A stretch of 25,055 nucleotides of DNA from Candidatus Nanohalarchaeota archaeon (GTDB lineage: Archaea; Nanohalarchaeota; Nanosalinia; Nanosalinales; JAFCCC01): positions 1-25,055 of the forward strand of contig JAFCCC010000009.1 of the NCBI GenBank assembly GCA_017610385.1. The letters run 5' to 3'. Below the pieces are notes generated by a model. That model saw nothing but the letters and a program-made list of their open reading frames with translations, had not been told where the DNA came from and did no database searches. Of this stretch, positions 24,201 through 25,055 are shown in pieces. A program made the translations under genes and the position numbers. How positions within the stretch are numbered: the stretch's first letter is position 1; each line of letters starts with the position of its first letter.

Positions 24201-25055
24201 TCAAAATAGTGCTGGTGGTTTTTCTAATTGGTCTTATTCATATAATAATACATTACAAAGAGGTCGTTATAATGTAACACTAAATGCTATAGACAATGGC
24301 GGCGGACCACGTTCTCTTGTAACTTATTTTATGGTCTATGCATATTTGAACGCTTCATTAAGCACAAATTGGGCACATTATTTTACTGGTGAAACTGCGA
24401 CAATTAATGCGGGATTAGAAGATTATAATTCAGTTTCTTTGAGCGGAAATGTTAGTATTTTAGTATTATATGATACGAACGTCTTACTGAATGAATCTCA
24501 TAAAGTAATCAATGGGGTACTTGATGTTGTTCCAACATTTCAAATCGCTTCTGACGGAAATATTGGAAATTATACTTTGAAAGCTATTTCTAAGTATTAT
24601 GATGCGATATCAGACATTAATGTAACGAAAACAGAGTATTTTTATTTTACAGTACATAAGGCGTTAGAAATGGATCTGGAAACAAGTATTGTATGGTATC
24701 CGGAAAACACTATGAGATTTTATATTTTGCTGTATGGGAATGGCAATATAACATCTGAGGTAGATAATACCTCACTTAATTTAAAAGTATATGATCCTGC
24801 TGAAAATTTATTTTTTAGTGTTTCTAAAGATAATTTAACTGTTTTTGATCAAACTTCAGATTCTATTCTCTATAAATATGCTTATGCTCTTCCGACGCCA
24901 GTTACGACAGGCTTATACTTGGCGAAAATAACAAAAACGCAGGGAGATAGAAATGAAATTGATTTAACTTCATTCAGAGTTTCTTCTGGGGGTCCTTATG
25001 ATGTAGTTATTGAATCAATAACTTCTGAAGCGCCTCAAGGAGATAATATGAATTT
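21205..25055 (+). CDS. Large secreted surface glycoprotein/adhesin, >1280 aa, partial (runs off the window; missing from the ORF track)
   Basis: Manually read with no stop from ATG 21205 to the window end. Signal peptide (VVFLLFSIFLFISLFSQNVFS), WWNGSWNYR (typical start of DUF2341-type domains), LYDDGTHGDVSNGDSIYT, Ig-like beta repeats with paired Cys, very dense N-x-S/T sequons. Confidence 0.92.
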   Translation, partial: MRKGCILKEVRVVFLLFSIFLFISLFSQNVFSSSYDWWNGSWNYRMDVNVSTSTYSRENSPVELYVNFTNELSSLTSEMFDNNSVRVVEYNATGSVLYEIASQFDELENYNSENAVGTVIWLLNGTTAASETRYFQIYFDTTSDSKTEADYNSFINYSWSGEEVSVNNSVLELKIDTDKNDVSGLYYAKRSSKEIFNGVSDTYPIEYSSYSNGSKLTYNLKNNATVISGPIRLTITQSGDEILFGDASITTGEANITKKYYIYKDNPWIKIKHTLTNKDASSIERYNADVWPLTIDAERGFGIDFMTSPQEDPYSWSSVYTTAGELGLGVINLNESGTSNFQAYGSVTLGFVGIRLSDSTVIPSGDSLTESAAILFNNESSHTPVENLKNRFQTPLTITKSNCETYTATSETLTPYEIYNLNDNLNIRVNITQDTQNLVRYVTSILDLGTISELDDVSVILYDDGTHGDVSNGDSIYTNEYSFLETGAVGSWTITSNVYDGTYFLLNQTQKSIELSNQYYSNLSIVNPAGQIERTIYGNISVSNCRNDTGITSVTVNCSYNGTQVTQYSDTGLGNYTLNFTAPSTPGTYELSCIMSKYNNSGTDSQLFTVDNPTTNLELVLTPNSTIVENITQRYAQNFTINVSINNPGQSTAYYSNLTLSLPENWTAYPSYYYCGNITQSGSCDHSFNITVAKAYVPNNYMVTAEISWINLNTSINSTQDSSTIEIENTPVLEVSETSISGIVPEGSSALLDNFTINSTGNGNLSTINFTCQAGTACDNLTIIFSPTSLIGLELSNTYEIEINITVPEGLDTGNYSGIINVSSSNGGSDIFSVNISVPESDAWSISSQTCSINALSDFIGSVCNLTLSNLGNTQVNLTLSPEEGNYTKLNETSIVINAQSSAVLEVSYNSTNAGVGTYNSTYTINSTGTPTQRTLNVSLSIVVGPTITSLIELENQQGDSVNLLANLQDLSLQGISTVNATIVQPNGTIQYVNLTNITQNSAGGFSNWSYSYNNTLQRGRYNVTLNAIDNGGGPRSLVTYFMVYAYLNASLSTNWAHYFTGETATINAGLEDYNSVSLSGNVSILVLYDTNVLLNESHKVINGVLDVVPTFQIASDGNIGNYTLKAISKYYDAISDINVTKTEYFYFTVHKALEMDLETSIVWYPENTMRFYILLYGNGNITSEVDNTSLNLKVYDPAENLFFSVSKDNLTVFDQTSDSILYKYAYALPTPVTTGLYLAKITKTQGDRNEIDLTSFRVSSGGPYDVVIESITSEAPQGDNMN

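Overview
AT-rich archaeal window, most consistent with a DPANN-type genome (inferred from the stand-alone 23S rRNA gene, the compact RNase P RNA and the multi-intron tRNA). The left part is housekeeping: 23S rRNA with a bulge-helix-bulge (BHB) processing stem, RNase P RNA, Sec61beta/SecG, a tRNA-Arg(TCT) with two introns, and argS. The middle holds a FIST-domain gene, luxE- and luxC-like genes with no luciferase, an apparently inserted COG1672-type ATPase-nuclease flanked by a duplicated gene start, a hypothetical gene and a V4R gene. The right part is a type IV pilus/Tad-like locus (secretion ATPase and two TadC/FlaJ-like proteins) interleaved with three single-domain KaiC/RAD55 ATPases, a wHTH protein and a >1280 aa secreted surface protein that the ORF track misses. 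The best leads are: a candidate box C'/D' K-turn guide inside tRNA intron 2 that targets its own wobble U34; a possible LuxCE/FIST/V4R/KaiC/pilus signalling circuit whose parts share a 14-bp palindrome; and a phased 12-bp repeat array between two divergent kaiC-like genes. All calls are by eye; no database searches were run.
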